From: Dactylosporangium sp.
GTDB taxonomy: Bacteria; Actinomycetota; Actinomycetes; Mycobacteriales; Micromonosporaceae
Reading direction: 5' to 3'
Length of the DNA: 52,154 nucleotides
NCBI GenBank assembly: GCA_025965915.1
Contig: JAOPWA010000079.1
Location: forward strand, 1 to 52,154
Shown: positions 1-9,448 of the stretch, piece after piece
Layout: each line of letters opens with the position of its first letter
Numbering within the stretch: position 1 is the stretch's first letter
Program-made: the position numbers and the translations under genes
The notes under the pieces: generated by a model
What the model was told of the DNA's origin: nothing
Database searches by the model: none
The model's input: the letters and a program-made list of their open reading frames with translations, nothing else

Positions 1-217
1 CCGCCGAGTAGGAAGGTGAGCGCCACGAATCCATCGACATTCACGATGGGGTCGGCGCGCCCCCGCACCCGACGGCGACTACAGTGCGCAGTTGCGGCCC
101 GCCCCGGGCCCGGCAACGGTGCCGATCGCGGGCCGGACCCGACAGGTGCGTCCGGTCTCCACCCGAGGGGCTCGCTTCCGCCTCACGTACAGACAAAGTG
201 GGAAGGACGACCAGGTT

Positions 218-1243
218 ATGCGTATCGGCGTGCTCACCGGTGGCGGCGATTGTCCCGGCCTCAATGCCGTCATCCGTGCCGTGGTCCGCAAGGGCGTATC
301 GACGTACGGTCACGAGTTCGTAGGGTTCCGCGACGGCTGGCGCGGCCCGCTCGAAGGGCTCACCCGCCCGCTCGGCATCCCCGAGGTGCGGGGGATCCTG
401 CCCCGCGGGGGGACGATTCTGGGCTCCTCACGTACCAATCCGTTCAAGATCGAAGGTGGCGTCGAGCGGATCAAGGCCAATCTGGCCGACAACGGCATCG
501 ACGCGCTCATCGCCATCGGCGGTGAGGACACCCTCGGCGTGGCATCCAAGCTGACCGACCTGGGCGTCAACGTCATCGGTGTGCCAAAGACGATCGACAA
601 CGACCTCGGCGCCACCGACTACACGTTCGGGTTCGACACCGCCGTCAACATCGCGATGGAGGCGATCGACCGGCTGCACACGACGGCCGAGAGCCACCAC
701 CGGACCCTGGTCGTCGAGGTGATGGGCCGGCACGCCGGCTGGATCGCCCTGCACGCCGGTCTCGCCGGCGGCGCCAACGTGATCCTGCTGCCGGAGCGCA
801 ACTTCGACATCGAGCAGGTCGCCGCGTACGTGGAGAAGCGCTTCCAGACGCAGTACGCCCCGATCATCGTGGTCGCCGAGGGCGCGACCCCGCTGGAAGG
901 GCAGATGCAGCTGTCCAGCCAGGACAAGGACGCGTTCGGCCACGTCCGCCTCGGCGGTATCGGCCAGTGGCTGGCCGCCGAGATCGAGGAGCGCACCGGC
1001 AAGGAGGCCCGTACGGTCGTTCTCGGGCACATCCAGCGCGGCGGCACGCCGACCGCGTTCGACCGGGTCCTCGCGACCCGGATCGGCCTGCACGCGATCG
1101 ACGCCGCCCACGACGGTGACTTTGGCAAGATGGTGGCGCTGCGCGGCACCGACATCACGCGGGTACCGCTCGCGGACGCGACCCGCGAGTTGAAGACGGT
1201 GCCGCCCGAGCGGTACACCGAAGCCGAGGTCTTCTTCGGCTGA
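218..1243 (+). CDS. pfkA: 6-phosphofructokinase
   Basis: MRIGVLTGGGDCPGLNAVIR N-terminus, GGTILGSSR, PKTIDND, EVMGRHAGWIA and LGHIQRGG motifs; ATG at 218. Confidence 0.97.
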   Translation: MRIGVLTGGGDCPGLNAVIRAVVRKGVSTYGHEFVGFRDGWRGPLEGLTRPLGIPEVRGILPRGGTILGSSRTNPFKIEGGVERIKANLADNGIDALIAIGGEDTLGVASKLTDLGVNVIGVPKTIDNDLGATDYTFGFDTAVNIAMEAIDRLHTTAESHHRTLVVEVMGRHAGWIALHAGLAGGANVILLPERNFDIEQVAAYVEKRFQTQYAPIIVVAEGATPLEGQMQLSSQDKDAFGHVRLGGIGQWLAAEIEERTGKEARTVVLGHIQRGGTPTAFDRVLATRIGLHAIDAAHDGDFGKMVALRGTDITRVPLADATRELKTVPPERYTEAEVFFG

Positions 1244-1313
1244 GCAGTCGCAGGTCGTCGCGGGGGCGCGGGTGCGCGTGCGTTCCCGCGACGACCGCGG
1301 GGGAGAGGTTGGA

Positions 1314-2120
1314 ATGCACACGATCGCGGTGATCGGCACCGGCAAGATCGGCGAGGTCCTGCTGTCCGGGCTGTTGCGCGCCGGCTGGCCGGTTGAGCGG
1401 CTGCTCGCCACGGCGCGTCGCGCCGAGCGTGCGGCGGAGTTGGGTGAGCGCTACGGCGTCGAGGTCGTCGACAACGACACGGCCGTCGACCGGGCCGACG
1501 TCCTGGCGATCGCCGTCAAGCCGCAGGACGCCGAGGCGCTCATGGCCGACCTCGGGCCACGGGTACCCGCCGAAAAGCTCGTCGTGAGCCTCTGCGCCGG
1601 CCTGCCCACCTCGTTCTTCGCGAAGTGGCTGCCGGCCGGCACCCCGGTCGTCCGGGTCATGACCAACACGCCCGCCCTGGTCGACGAGGCGATGACCGCG
1701 ATCTCCGCCGGCACCCACGCGACGAGTGAGCACCTGGCGCTGGCGGAGGAGATGTTCCGGCCGCTGGGGACCACGATCCGGGTACCGGAGTCGCAGCAGG
1801 ACGCGGTCACGGCGCTGTCGGGGTCGGGGCCGGCGTACTTCTACTAACTGGTCGAGGCCATGACCGATGCCGGGATCCTGCTCGGGCTGCCCCGGCAGGT
1901 GGCCCACGACCTGATCGTGCAGACCGCGATCGGCTCGGCCATCATGTTGCGCGACTCCGGCGAGCACCCGGTCAAGCTGCGTGAGGCGGTCACCTCACCC
2001 GCGGGCACCACGATCAACGCGATCCGGGAGTTGGAAAATCATCGGGTACGCGCGGCGCTGCTCGCAGCGCTCGAAGCCGCTCGGGACCGCGCCCGTGAGA
2101 TCGCCGACCAGAACCTCTGA
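1314..2120 (+). pseudogene. proC: pyrroline-5-carboxylate reductase interrupted by an in-frame TAA at 1845-1847
   Basis: IAVIGTGKIG Rossmann motif, VRVMTNTP, ALSGSGPAYFY*LVEAMTDAG and VTSPAGTT all lie in one frame; the single TAA splits ORFs 1272-1847 and 1860-2120. Confidence 0.88.
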
Positions 2121-2161
2121 CGGCGGGTAGCCGATTCACTCACGCGTTCCTCCCTTCCCCT

Positions 2162-2282
2162 GTCAGCGCCGTTCTGTTTACGGTTGCTGACGTTAGGTAG
2201 TGCATCCCCCTGGGAGTACGGCCGGCCTCTTCCCCCCTGGCCGGTCGGTCCGCCGCTGGCCGCCCGCGTGGCTGGCGGCGGC
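2162..2282 (+). ncRNA. candidate structured small RNA or terminator cluster (three hairpins, one with a C6 loop)
   Basis: Stems gtcagc..gctgac (2162-2191), gccggcc-tcttcccccct-ggccggt (2221-2245) and ccgccgctggcc..ggctggcggcgg in the proC-FHA intergenic region. Confidence 0.25.
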
Positions 2283-2311
2283 TTCTAGGGAGGGCCGGTA
2301 CCCTTCGTCGG

Positions 2312-3406
2312 GTGCGATTCGAAGTGACGCGGGCGCTGGACGCGATCGAGCGCCGCCTGAGCACGGACCCCCTGCGGACCGGTGCCGTTGTCGATCTCGG
2401 CGAGGCCGTCCGGCTCGCCGAACTCGACGGTGGCCGGCCGGCCCAGCTGATCCGGGTCGGCCTGGTGATCGATGCCCTGAGCCGGCAGGTCGGCGACGAC
2501 GGCGTGGCGCTCTATCCGGTGGCGTCACGCGGCCTGCTCTCCGACACCGATCTCACCTCGAACGAGCGGATGGTCATCCGCCGCTGGTCCGACGACGGAC
2601 TCGTCGAGGTGGTGCCGGCCGAGGTGCCGGCCCTAGCCAGGGTCTGCGAGGCCGCCGCGCTGATCGGCCAGCCGGTGATCACCCGGGCGCCGCTGCCGGG
2701 GTACGCCGGCGTGCGGTTCGCCCTGAAAGTCGCGCCCGGTGGCGCGGCGCTCGAGGGTGGTCTCGGAACGACCCCGAAGCGCCATGAAGTCCTCGGCCGC
2801 CGCTGGCAATGTCCGGTGCCCGACTGTGCGAGCTTCGGCTCCACCGCCGGCCCGTTCTCCGGGGGTGCCGTCCGAGACGGCGGCCAGCCGCCGCCACAGC
2901 TCGTGCGCGGAGTGCCCTGCTGTCCGCGCCACGGCGAGCGACTGGTCGACGCGGGGTCGCAGCCGTCCGCGGTGCCGATGGTCGCCCGTATCGAGGGCGT
3001 GGTGCGGGAGCGGTTCGTGGTGACCGAGGGGCGGCCGGTCTCCGTCGGTCGGTCACCCGACGACCGCGCCGGCGTGGTGCTCGGGCCGTACCTCGACGGC
3101 GAGGCCGTGCGCCGGGTCAGCCGCAACCACCTGCGCTTGGAGTTGCGCGGCGATGAGTTGCTGGTGACAGATCTCAGCACCAACGGCACGGTCGTCATGA
3201 GCCGATCCGGCCCCCGGGCCGCGCCCCGCCCGATCGGGCTGCCCCACGACCGCCCGCACCCGCTCGGAGAGTGGGATTTCGTCCAGCTGCACCAGGGTGT
3301 GGAGCTGAGCCGGGCGGACCGCCAGAGCGCCGCGGACGGGATGGCGCAGCAGCAGTCGGTCATGGGTGACGCGCCGACCATGGCGATACGCATGCCCCGC
3401 CCCTGA
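2312..3406 (+). CDS. FHA domain-containing protein with a Cys/His cluster
   Basis: C-terminal FHA motifs VGRSP, VSRNH and DLSTNGT; WQCPVPDC and CCPRH; -10-like TACCCT 7 nt upstream of the GTG. Confidence 0.85.
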   Translation: MRFEVTRALDAIERRLSTDPLRTGAVVDLGEAVRLAELDGGRPAQLIRVGLVIDALSRQVGDDGVALYPVASRGLLSDTDLTSNERMVIRRWSDDGLVEVVPAEVPALARVCEAAALIGQPVITRAPLPGYAGVRFALKVAPGGAALEGGLGTTPKRHEVLGRRWQCPVPDCASFGSTAGPFSGGAVRDGGQPPPQLVRGVPCCPRHGERLVDAGSQPSAVPMVARIEGVVRERFVVTEGRPVSVGRSPDDRAGVVLGPYLDGEAVRRVSRNHLRLELRGDELLVTDLSTNGTVVMSRSGPRAAPRPIGLPHDRPHPLGEWDFVQLHQGVELSRADRQSAADGMAQQQSVMGDAPTMAIRMPRP

Positions 3407-3447
3407 CGATCGGCGTCGCCAGCTGACCGGGAACCTGAGATTTCCGG

Positions 3448-3483
3448 CACGTATACACACCATGTATACGTGGTGTGTATAGT
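3448..3483. promoter_or_regulatory. PadR operator(s) overlapping the -10 element (TATAGT 3478-3483)
   Basis: Two overlapping palindromes: cacgtataca-N5-tgtatacgtg (3448-3472) and tatacacacca-N8-tggtgtgtata (3452-3481). Confidence 0.7.
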
Positions 3484-3490
3484 GATCGGC

Positions 3491-4015
3491 ATGTCAATCG
3501 GTCAGGCGTTTCTGGGCCTCCTGGAGTCCCAACCCCGCCACGGGTACGACCTCAAGCGGGCCTACGACGAACGGTTCGGCCAGGGCCGTCCACTGCACTA
3601 CGGGCAGGTCTATTCGACGCTGTCGCGACTGCTGAAGAACGGTCTCGTCGAGGTCGACAGCGTCGAACCGGGCGAGGGACCGGAGCGTAAGCGGTACGCG
3701 ATCACGGCGGCCGGGGTCACCGACGTGGAGCGCTGGCTGGAGCAGCCGGAGAAGCCCGATCTGTACCTGCAGAGCACGCTGTACACGAAGGTCGTGCTCG
3801 CGCTGCTGACCGGCCGCGGCGCCGCCGAGATCCTTGGCACCCAGCGGACCGAGCACCTGCGCCTGATGCGCGAGCTCACCCGCCGCAAGACCAGCGGCGA
3901 CCTCGCCGACCAGCTCATCTGTGACTACGGACTGTTCCATCTGGAAGCCGACCTGCGCTGGCTGGAGCTGACCGCCGCCCGACTCGACCAACTCGCCACG
4001 GAGATGCGCTCGTGA
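3491..4015 (+). CDS. PadR family transcriptional regulator
   Basis: LGLLESQPRHGYDLK, GQVYSTLSRL and RKRYAIT; C-terminal HLEADLRWL. Confidence 0.93.
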   Translation: MSIGQAFLGLLESQPRHGYDLKRAYDERFGQGRPLHYGQVYSTLSRLLKNGLVEVDSVEPGEGPERKRYAITAAGVTDVERWLEQPEKPDLYLQSTLYTKVVLALLTGRGAAEILGTQRTEHLRLMRELTRRKTSGDLADQLICDYGLFHLEADLRWLELTAARLDQLATEMRS

Positions 4016-4701
4016 CCAACGACACGGCACCCCTGCTCGCCGGGACCGGCCTGCGCAAGACCTACGGCTCCACCCCCGCTCTGGTCGACGCGGCCATGTG
4101 CGTGCGCACCGGTGAGGTGGTCGCCGTCATGGGGCCTTCCGGCTCGGGCAAGTCGACGCTGCTGCACTGCATGGCCGGCATCGTGGCGCCCGACTCCGGG
4201 CGGATCACCTACGACGGCCGGGAACTGTCGGCGATGTCCGACGTCGAGCGCAGCGCGCTGCGCCGCAGTGAGTTCGGCTTCGTCTTCCAGTTCGGCCAGC
4301 TGGTACCCGAACTGACCTGCCTGGAGAACGTCGCTCTGCCGCTGCGGCTCGACGGGGTCAAGCGCCGGGCGGCCGAGCGCCGGGCCACCGGGTGGCTGGA
4401 CCGTCTGGAGGTCAGCGACGTGGCGCACAAGCGGCCGGGCGAAGTCTCCGGCGGCCAGGGCCAGCGGGTCGCGGTCGCCCGGGCTCTGGTCAACCGGCCG
4501 CGTGTGCTGTTCGCGGACGAGCCGACCGGCGCGCTCGACTCGCTCAACGGCGAGCGGGTGATGCGCCTGCTCACCGAGGCCGCCAGGGAGACGGGCGCGG
4601 CCGTCGTCCTGGTCACCCACGAGACGCGGGTGGCCGCGTACTCCGACCGCGAGATCGTGGTCCGCGACGGCAAGACGCGCGACGCGGAGCTGGTCGCATG
4701 A
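4012..4701 (+). CDS. ABC transporter ATP-binding protein (LolD/MacB type)
   Basis: Walker A GPSGSGKS, signature VSGGQGQR, ADEPTGALD and VTH. Confidence 0.95.
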   Translation: MTNDTAPLLAGTGLRKTYGSTPALVDAAMCVRTGEVVAVMGPSGSGKSTLLHCMAGIVAPDSGRITYDGRELSAMSDVERSALRRSEFGFVFQFGQLVPELTCLENVALPLRLDGVKRRAAERRATGWLDRLEVSDVAHKRPGEVSGGQGQRVAVARALVNRPRVLFADEPTGALDSLNGERVMRLLTEAARETGAAVVLVTHETRVAAYSDREIVVRDGKTRDAELVA

Positions 4702-7013
4702 TGTCGCGGTGGGCCCGGGACCTGATCCTCGGGGCGCGGCTGGCCTGGGCCGGCGGCCGGGACGGTTGGGTCCGGGCCGTGATGACCGCCGTCGGCGTGG
4801 GCGTCGGGGTCGCGATGCTGCTGGCGGCGTCCTCCATCCCGGCCATGCTGCAGGCCCGGCACGACCGGGGCATGGCGCGTGACTACACGATGTTCGGCGG
4901 CACGCCGCTGGCCAAGAGCGACCGAACACTGATGGTGCAGCCGATCGACACCACGTTCCGCGACGCCCCGGTGCGCGGGGTGGCACTCCAGCCCGACGGT
5001 CCCACCGCGCCGGTGCCACCCGGAGTCAAGGCCCTGCCGCGGCCGGGCGAGATGGTCGTGTCGCCGGCCCTGGCGAAGCTGCTGTCCTCCACCGACGGTG
5101 CACTACTCAGGCCCAGGCTGCCCTACCGGATCGCCGGCACCATCGGTGACCAGGGCCTCGCCGGCCCCCGCGAGTACGCCTTCTACCTCGGTAGCGACCA
5201 GCTCGCCGGCAACCCCGACGCGTACCGCATCGACCACTTCGGTGGCCACAACACCAGCGAGGCGCTGAGCCCGATGCTCGCACTGCTGGTCGTCATCATC
5301 TTCGTCGTTCTGCTGCTGCCCATCGGGGTGTTCATCGCCGCGGCGATCCGCTTCGGCGACGAGCGTCGCGACCGGCGCCTCGCCGCCCTGCGCCTGGTCG
5401 GGGCCGACGGCTGGATGGCGCGGCGGATAGCTGCCGGCGAAGCCCTGATCACCGCGGCCCTGGGTGTCCTGGCCGGCGCGGCGTTCTTCCTCGTCGGAAT
5501 TCAGTTCGTCGAGCGGATCACGCTGATGGAGATCAGCCTGTTCACCTCGGACGTCCGCCCCGACCCGATGCTCGCCACCCTGATCGTGCTGGCCGTGCCG
5601 GCGGCGGCCGTCGGCGTCACCGTGCTCGCGCTGAGGCGCATCGTCATCGAACCGCTCGGCGTCGTCCGCCGATCGGGCAGCACCCGCCGCCGGCTCTGGT
5701 GGCGGTTGGCGCTGCCGGCGCTGGGCCTGGTGCTGCTGTACCCGCTGATCGGTGGGGTCGGCAGAACCGCCGTGTACGCGAACCCGTTCCAGGTCGCCAC
5801 CGGAGCCGTGCTGCTGCTGATCAGTGTGACGGCCATCCTGCCCTGGCTGATCGAGGCCGTGGTGCGCCGGCTCGGCGGTGGTGGGGTCGCCTGGCAACTG
5901 GCGATCCGCCGGCTCCAGTTGGGCAGTGGAACCGCCGCCCGGATAGTCAACGGGATCGCCGTGGCGGCGGCCGGCGGCATCGCGCTGCAGATGCTGTTCT
6001 CCGCCGCGGCGGCCAGCCACGTCGCCCCCACCAGTCAGGACACCGCCCGGGCGCAGGTCCAGGCCGGCCTCGGGCGGGTCGACAGCGCCGCGCGGGCCAT
6101 GGAGATCGACACGAAGTTCCGCTCCACGCCGGGCGTCCGCTCGGCGTGGAGCCTCGCCAACTTCTCCGGCGTCGATCCGTCGGCGCCGCCGTCAGCAGAC
6201 GGCAAGCCTTCCGCCTTCCGCCTGGTCGTCGGCGACTGCCCGGCGCTGATGGAGGTGGCGGCGATCGACCGGTGCGCCGACGGCGACGTATTCCTCGTGG
6301 AGAACCAGATCGGGGGCGGCTACGACGGGGCCACGCCCGGCCCAGGCCAGCGCGTCCAGATCGGTGCCGTCGGGTGGACGGTTCCCATCTCGGCGCGGGC
6401 GGCCCAGGCCAGGCGGGATCCGGTCGGCAGTATTGTCGGCGGGGTTTTCGCCACCCCCTCGGCTGGCAACGTGGCCGCGCTGCGGCGACCCAGTGTGAGC
6501 ACGCTGCTGCGGGTGGACCCGGGGACGCCCAACGTCTACGAGCACATCCGCAACACGGCGTTCAATGTCAGCCCGGCCATGTACGTGAACATCCTGCAGG
6601 CCACCAGTGCGTCCAACCAGTTCACCAACATCCGGCGGGGACTGTTCATCGGTCTGGTGGTGACCCTCCTGCTGATCGGCGCGAGCCTGCTGGTGTCGAC
6701 GCTGGAGCAGTTGCAGGAACGGCGCAAGCTCCTCGCGGTACTAGTCGCGTTCGGTACCCGGCGGGCGACCTTGAGCTGGTCGGTGCTGTGGCAGACGGCG
6801 GTGCCCGTACTGCTCGGCCTCGGGCTCGCGGTCGTGACCGGCGGTGGCCTGGGCGCGGTGCTGCTCGCGATGGTGGGCGAGCCGCTGCGGTTCGATTGGC
6901 TGAGCATGGCCGGGATAGCGGGCGCCGGGGCGGCCGTCGTCCTGCTCGTCACCGCGCTCAGCCTGCCGGTCCTGTGGCGGCTGTTGCGCCCCGAGGGACT
7001 GCGCACGGAGTGA
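4698..7013 (+). CDS. FtsX-like ABC transporter permease
   Basis: Two FtsX-type segments (RDRRLAALRLVGA; ERRKLLAVLVAFG), many TM helices, ATGA overlap with the ATPase gene. Confidence 0.92.
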   Translation: MMSRWARDLILGARLAWAGGRDGWVRAVMTAVGVGVGVAMLLAASSIPAMLQARHDRGMARDYTMFGGTPLAKSDRTLMVQPIDTTFRDAPVRGVALQPDGPTAPVPPGVKALPRPGEMVVSPALAKLLSSTDGALLRPRLPYRIAGTIGDQGLAGPREYAFYLGSDQLAGNPDAYRIDHFGGHNTSEALSPMLALLVVIIFVVLLLPIGVFIAAAIRFGDERRDRRLAALRLVGADGWMARRIAAGEALITAALGVLAGAAFFLVGIQFVERITLMEISLFTSDVRPDPMLATLIVLAVPAAAVGVTVLALRRIVIEPLGVVRRSGSTRRRLWWRLALPALGLVLLYPLIGGVGRTAVYANPFQVATGAVLLLISVTAILPWLIEAVVRRLGGGGVAWQLAIRRLQLGSGTAARIVNGIAVAAAGGIALQMLFSAAAASHVAPTSQDTARAQVQAGLGRVDSAARAMEIDTKFRSTPGVRSAWSLANFSGVDPSAPPSADGKPSAFRLVVGDCPALMEVAAIDRCADGDVFLVENQIGGGYDGATPGPGQRVQIGAVGWTVPISARAAQARRDPVGSIVGGVFATPSAGNVAALRRPSVSTLLRVDPGTPNVYEHIRNTAFNVSPAMYVNILQATSASNQFTNIRRGLFIGLVVTLLLIGASLLVSTLEQLQERRKLLAVLVAFGTRRATLSWSVLWQTAVPVLLGLGLAVVTGGGLGAVLLAMVGEPLRFDWLSMAGIAGAGAAVVLLVTALSLPVLWRLLRPEGLRTE

Positions 7014-7068
7014 CACATTGCCGGGATCATGACACGGGCCGTCCGGCACGAGCCTTATCGCGGGCGTC

Positions 7069-7455
7069 GTGGGGTACCAACCGAACGTGTTGATTGTCGT
7101 GGACGCCGCGAACGTGGTCGGATCCGTGCCGGACGGCTGGTGGCGCGACCGGGCCGGCGCCACCGAGCGGTTGCGGGACGCGCTCGCCGTGGCCGGGCAG
7201 GGTGCGGTGGAGGGCGCCGCCGACGACGACGAACTCGTCCTCGTCGTCGAGGGCGCCGCCCGCAAGGTGCCGGCTGTGCCCGGAGTGCGCGTGCTCGCCG
7301 CCGACCGGTCCGGCGACGACGCCATCGTGGACCTGCTCAGACGCGAGGGCGACGGTGACGGGGTCGTCGTCACCGCCGACCGTGGTCTGCGCGACCGGGT
7401 GACGGAGTTGGGCGCACGGGTGGTCGGCCCGAGCGCCCTGCGCATCCGCCGGTAG
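7069..7455 (+). CDS. small PIN/NYN-like domain protein
   Basis: IVVDAANVVGS..DGWWRDR, LVVEG, SGDDAIV and VVTADRGL acidic motifs typical of PIN/YacP-like folds. Confidence 0.75.
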   Translation: MGYQPNVLIVVDAANVVGSVPDGWWRDRAGATERLRDALAVAGQGAVEGAADDDELVLVVEGAARKVPAVPGVRVLAADRSGDDAIVDLLRREGDGDGVVVTADRGLRDRVTELGARVVGPSALRIRR

Positions 7456-7474
7456 ATCGATTCAAGCTCCCCGC

Positions 7475-8302
7475 TCAACCCAGCCGCACGGTCCCCTCGC
7501 GTGCCAGGGTCGCGCCCTGCGCCAGTCCCGCCTCGAGTGCCGCCACGCGCCGGGAGGGGTCCAGCACATTGGGGCCGATGGCCGTCCGCGCCCCGGCGTC
7601 GGGCTTGACGAGAACCACGGAGGCCCGTTCGCGCAGCGCGGCCAGCTCCTCGGGCGGTGCGCCGAGCGGTGACGTGTCGGCCATCGGGGCGATCACCACG
7701 ATCTCGGAGGCGTCGGAGGCGAGGTCGGCATTGGTGCCCGAGCGTAGGCCTCCGTCCACGTAGCGGCGGCCGTTGATAGCCACCGGCGGGTACACGCCCG
7801 GCACGGCGCAGCTCGCCGTCATGGCGCGCACCAGCGGTACCCCCGAGTCCCGGTCCCAGGCGACGAATTCGCCGCTCTCCGCCTCGACGCCGGTGATGAT
7901 CAGGCGGCGCTGCGGCCACTCCTGCTGGGGCATCCGCGACGCGAACCACCTGACCTGCTTCTCCGGGTCGCCCACCGGCGCGCTCACCGCCAGCGCGCCG
8001 ACGCGGGCGCGGGCCTCCCGTGGATCCAACGAGCCGTCGCGCAGGATGCTGAAGGCCCGCATCACCAGCCCCAAGTCGACATTGGGCGACTTCTGCTCCT
8101 CGTCCTCGCGCTGCATGGCGACGGCCAGGTCCAGGTCGAGACCGCTCGCCACCATCGTGCCGACGATCGAACCGGCCGAGGTGCCCACCACCACGTCGGC
8201 GCCGGTCAGGTCGATCCCGGCCTCGCGCAGCCCGTACAGAACGCCGACCTCCCAGGCGATGCCGGTGATCCCACCGCCGCCCAGCACCAACGCCGTGCTC
8301 AT
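7475..8302 (-). CDS. patatin-like phospholipase
   Basis: LVLGGGG oxyanion motif, GTSAG nucleophile elbow and DGG. Confidence 0.93.
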   Translation of the reverse strand: MSTALVLGGGGITGIAWEVGVLYGLREAGIDLTGADVVVGTSAGSIVGTMVASGLDLDLAVAMQREDEEQKSPNVDLGLVMRAFSILRDGSLDPREARARVGALAVSAPVGDPEKQVRWFASRMPQQEWPQRRLIITGVEAESGEFVAWDRDSGVPLVRAMTASCAVPGVYPPVAINGRRYVDGGLRSGTNADLASDASEIVVIAPMADTSPLGAPPEELAALRERASVVLVKPDAGARTAIGPNVLDPSRRVAALEAGLAQGATLAREGTVRLG

Positions 8303-8336
8303 GTCGTCGCTCCGCCCGGCGACCCAAACCACGCGC

Positions 8337-8789
8337 TCACGCGTAGAACCTCGCTACCGTTTCGGCGACGCAGCAGGGCTTCGACCCGCCTTCGACCTCG
8401 ACGGTGACCCGGGCGACCACCTGGACCCCGCCCTCCACCGGCGTGACCTCGACAAGTTCGACCCCGCCGCGCACCCGACTGCCGACCGGTAACGGCGCGG
8501 GGAAGCGGACCTTGTTGAGGCCGTAGTTGACCGCCATACGTACGCCGTCGACCTGGTAGACGCCCGCGTTCAGTACGGGCACGAGCGACAGGGTCAGGAA
8601 ACCGTGGGCGATCGTGCGCTTGAACGGCCCCTTGGCCGCTCGCTCCGGGTCGACGTGGATCCACTGGTGGTCGCCGGTCGCATCGGCGAACAGATCGACC
8701 TTCTTCTGGTCGACCTCGTGCCAGTCGCTGTACCCGAGGTGCTGGCCGGCGGCTTCGGCAAGTGCCGCCAAAGACGGGAACTCTCTCAT
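8337..8789 (-). CDS. MaoC family dehydratase
   Basis: FADATGDHQWIHVDPERA, IAHGFLTLS and NYGLNKVRF. Confidence 0.93.
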   Translation of the reverse strand: MREFPSLAALAEAAGQHLGYSDWHEVDQKKVDLFADATGDHQWIHVDPERAAKGPFKRTIAHGFLTLSLVPVLNAGVYQVDGVRMAVNYGLNKVRFPAPLPVGSRVRGGVELVEVTPVEGGVQVVARVTVEVEGGSKPCCVAETVARFYA

Positions 8790-8803
8790 GCACTCGGAGT
8801 GTA
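8789..8803. promoter_or_regulatory. putative TetR operator 1 (TGCACT-N3-AGTGTA) overlapping the maoC -10 and start codon
   Basis: Near-palindrome in the maoC/tetR divergent gap; the same motif recurs at 9412-9426. Confidence 0.65.
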
Positions 8804-8815
8804 AGTTCTTTGCCT

Positions 8816-9409
8816 GTGAACGTCGATGGTCGTACGGCGCGTGCGGTTCGCACCCGCCGAGCGGTCGTGGACGCGCTCCTGGCCCTGCTTGCCGAGGGTG
8901 ACCTGCGGCCCGGCGCGGAGCGCATAGCCGAGCGCGCCGGCGTGTCGCTGCGTGCCCTGTGGACCAACTTCGCCGACCTGGAGACGCTGTACGCCGCGGC
9001 GGGCCAGCGTCAGCTCGAACGGCAGACCGAGCTGGCCCGACGGATCAATCCCCGGCTGCCGCTGGAGCAGCGGGTGGCGGCGCTGTGCCGCCAGCGGGCC
9101 CAGGTACTCGAGTTCCTGGCCCCGGTCGCGCGCGCCGCGCAACTGCGCGAGCCGTTCTCCGCGCAGTTGCGGGCCAACCGGGCCCGCCAGTACCAGATTG
9201 CCCGTGGCGAGCTGGCCCAGCTGTTCAAAGCCGAGCTCGCCGAGGCCGGTGGGCGTGCGGAGGAGCTGCTCAACGCGCTCACCGCGGCGAGCACCTGGCC
9301 GGCGTGGTCCGCGCTGCGCGACGACCTCGGTCTCGCGGTGCCGGCCGCCCGGCAGGCGATGGCGCGGACCCTGTACTCGCTACTTTCGCAGCGATTGACC
9401 GATCAGTAG
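8816..9409 (+). CDS. TetR/AcrR family transcriptional regulator
   Basis: VDGRTARAVRTRRAVVDA and IAERAGVSLRALWTNFAD helix-turn-helix. Confidence 0.9.
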   Translation: MNVDGRTARAVRTRRAVVDALLALLAEGDLRPGAERIAERAGVSLRALWTNFADLETLYAAAGQRQLERQTELARRINPRLPLEQRVAALCRQRAQVLEFLAPVARAAQLREPFSAQLRANRARQYQIARGELAQLFKAELAEAGGRAEELLNALTAASTWPAWSALRDDLGLAVPAARQAMARTLYSLLSQRLTDQ

Positions 9410-9411
9410 AG

Positions 9412-9426
9412 TGCACTGCGAGTGCA
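9412..9426. promoter_or_regulatory. putative TetR operator 2 (TGCACT-GCG-AGTGCA) upstream of fabG
   Basis: Perfect 6-3-6 palindrome directly after the -10-like TAGAGT (9407-9412). Confidence 0.65.
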
Positions 9427-9448
9427 TGTTCTTTTGAAGGGACGGACC

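Noticed and set aside
1-217. Possible gene start (GTG at 44, minus strand) or gene end at the window edge
   Set aside because: Too short to assign; no recognisable motif
1845-1847. Recoding (Sec/Pyl) of the proC stop
   Set aside because: The codon is TAA, not TGA or TAG; no SECIS-like evidence
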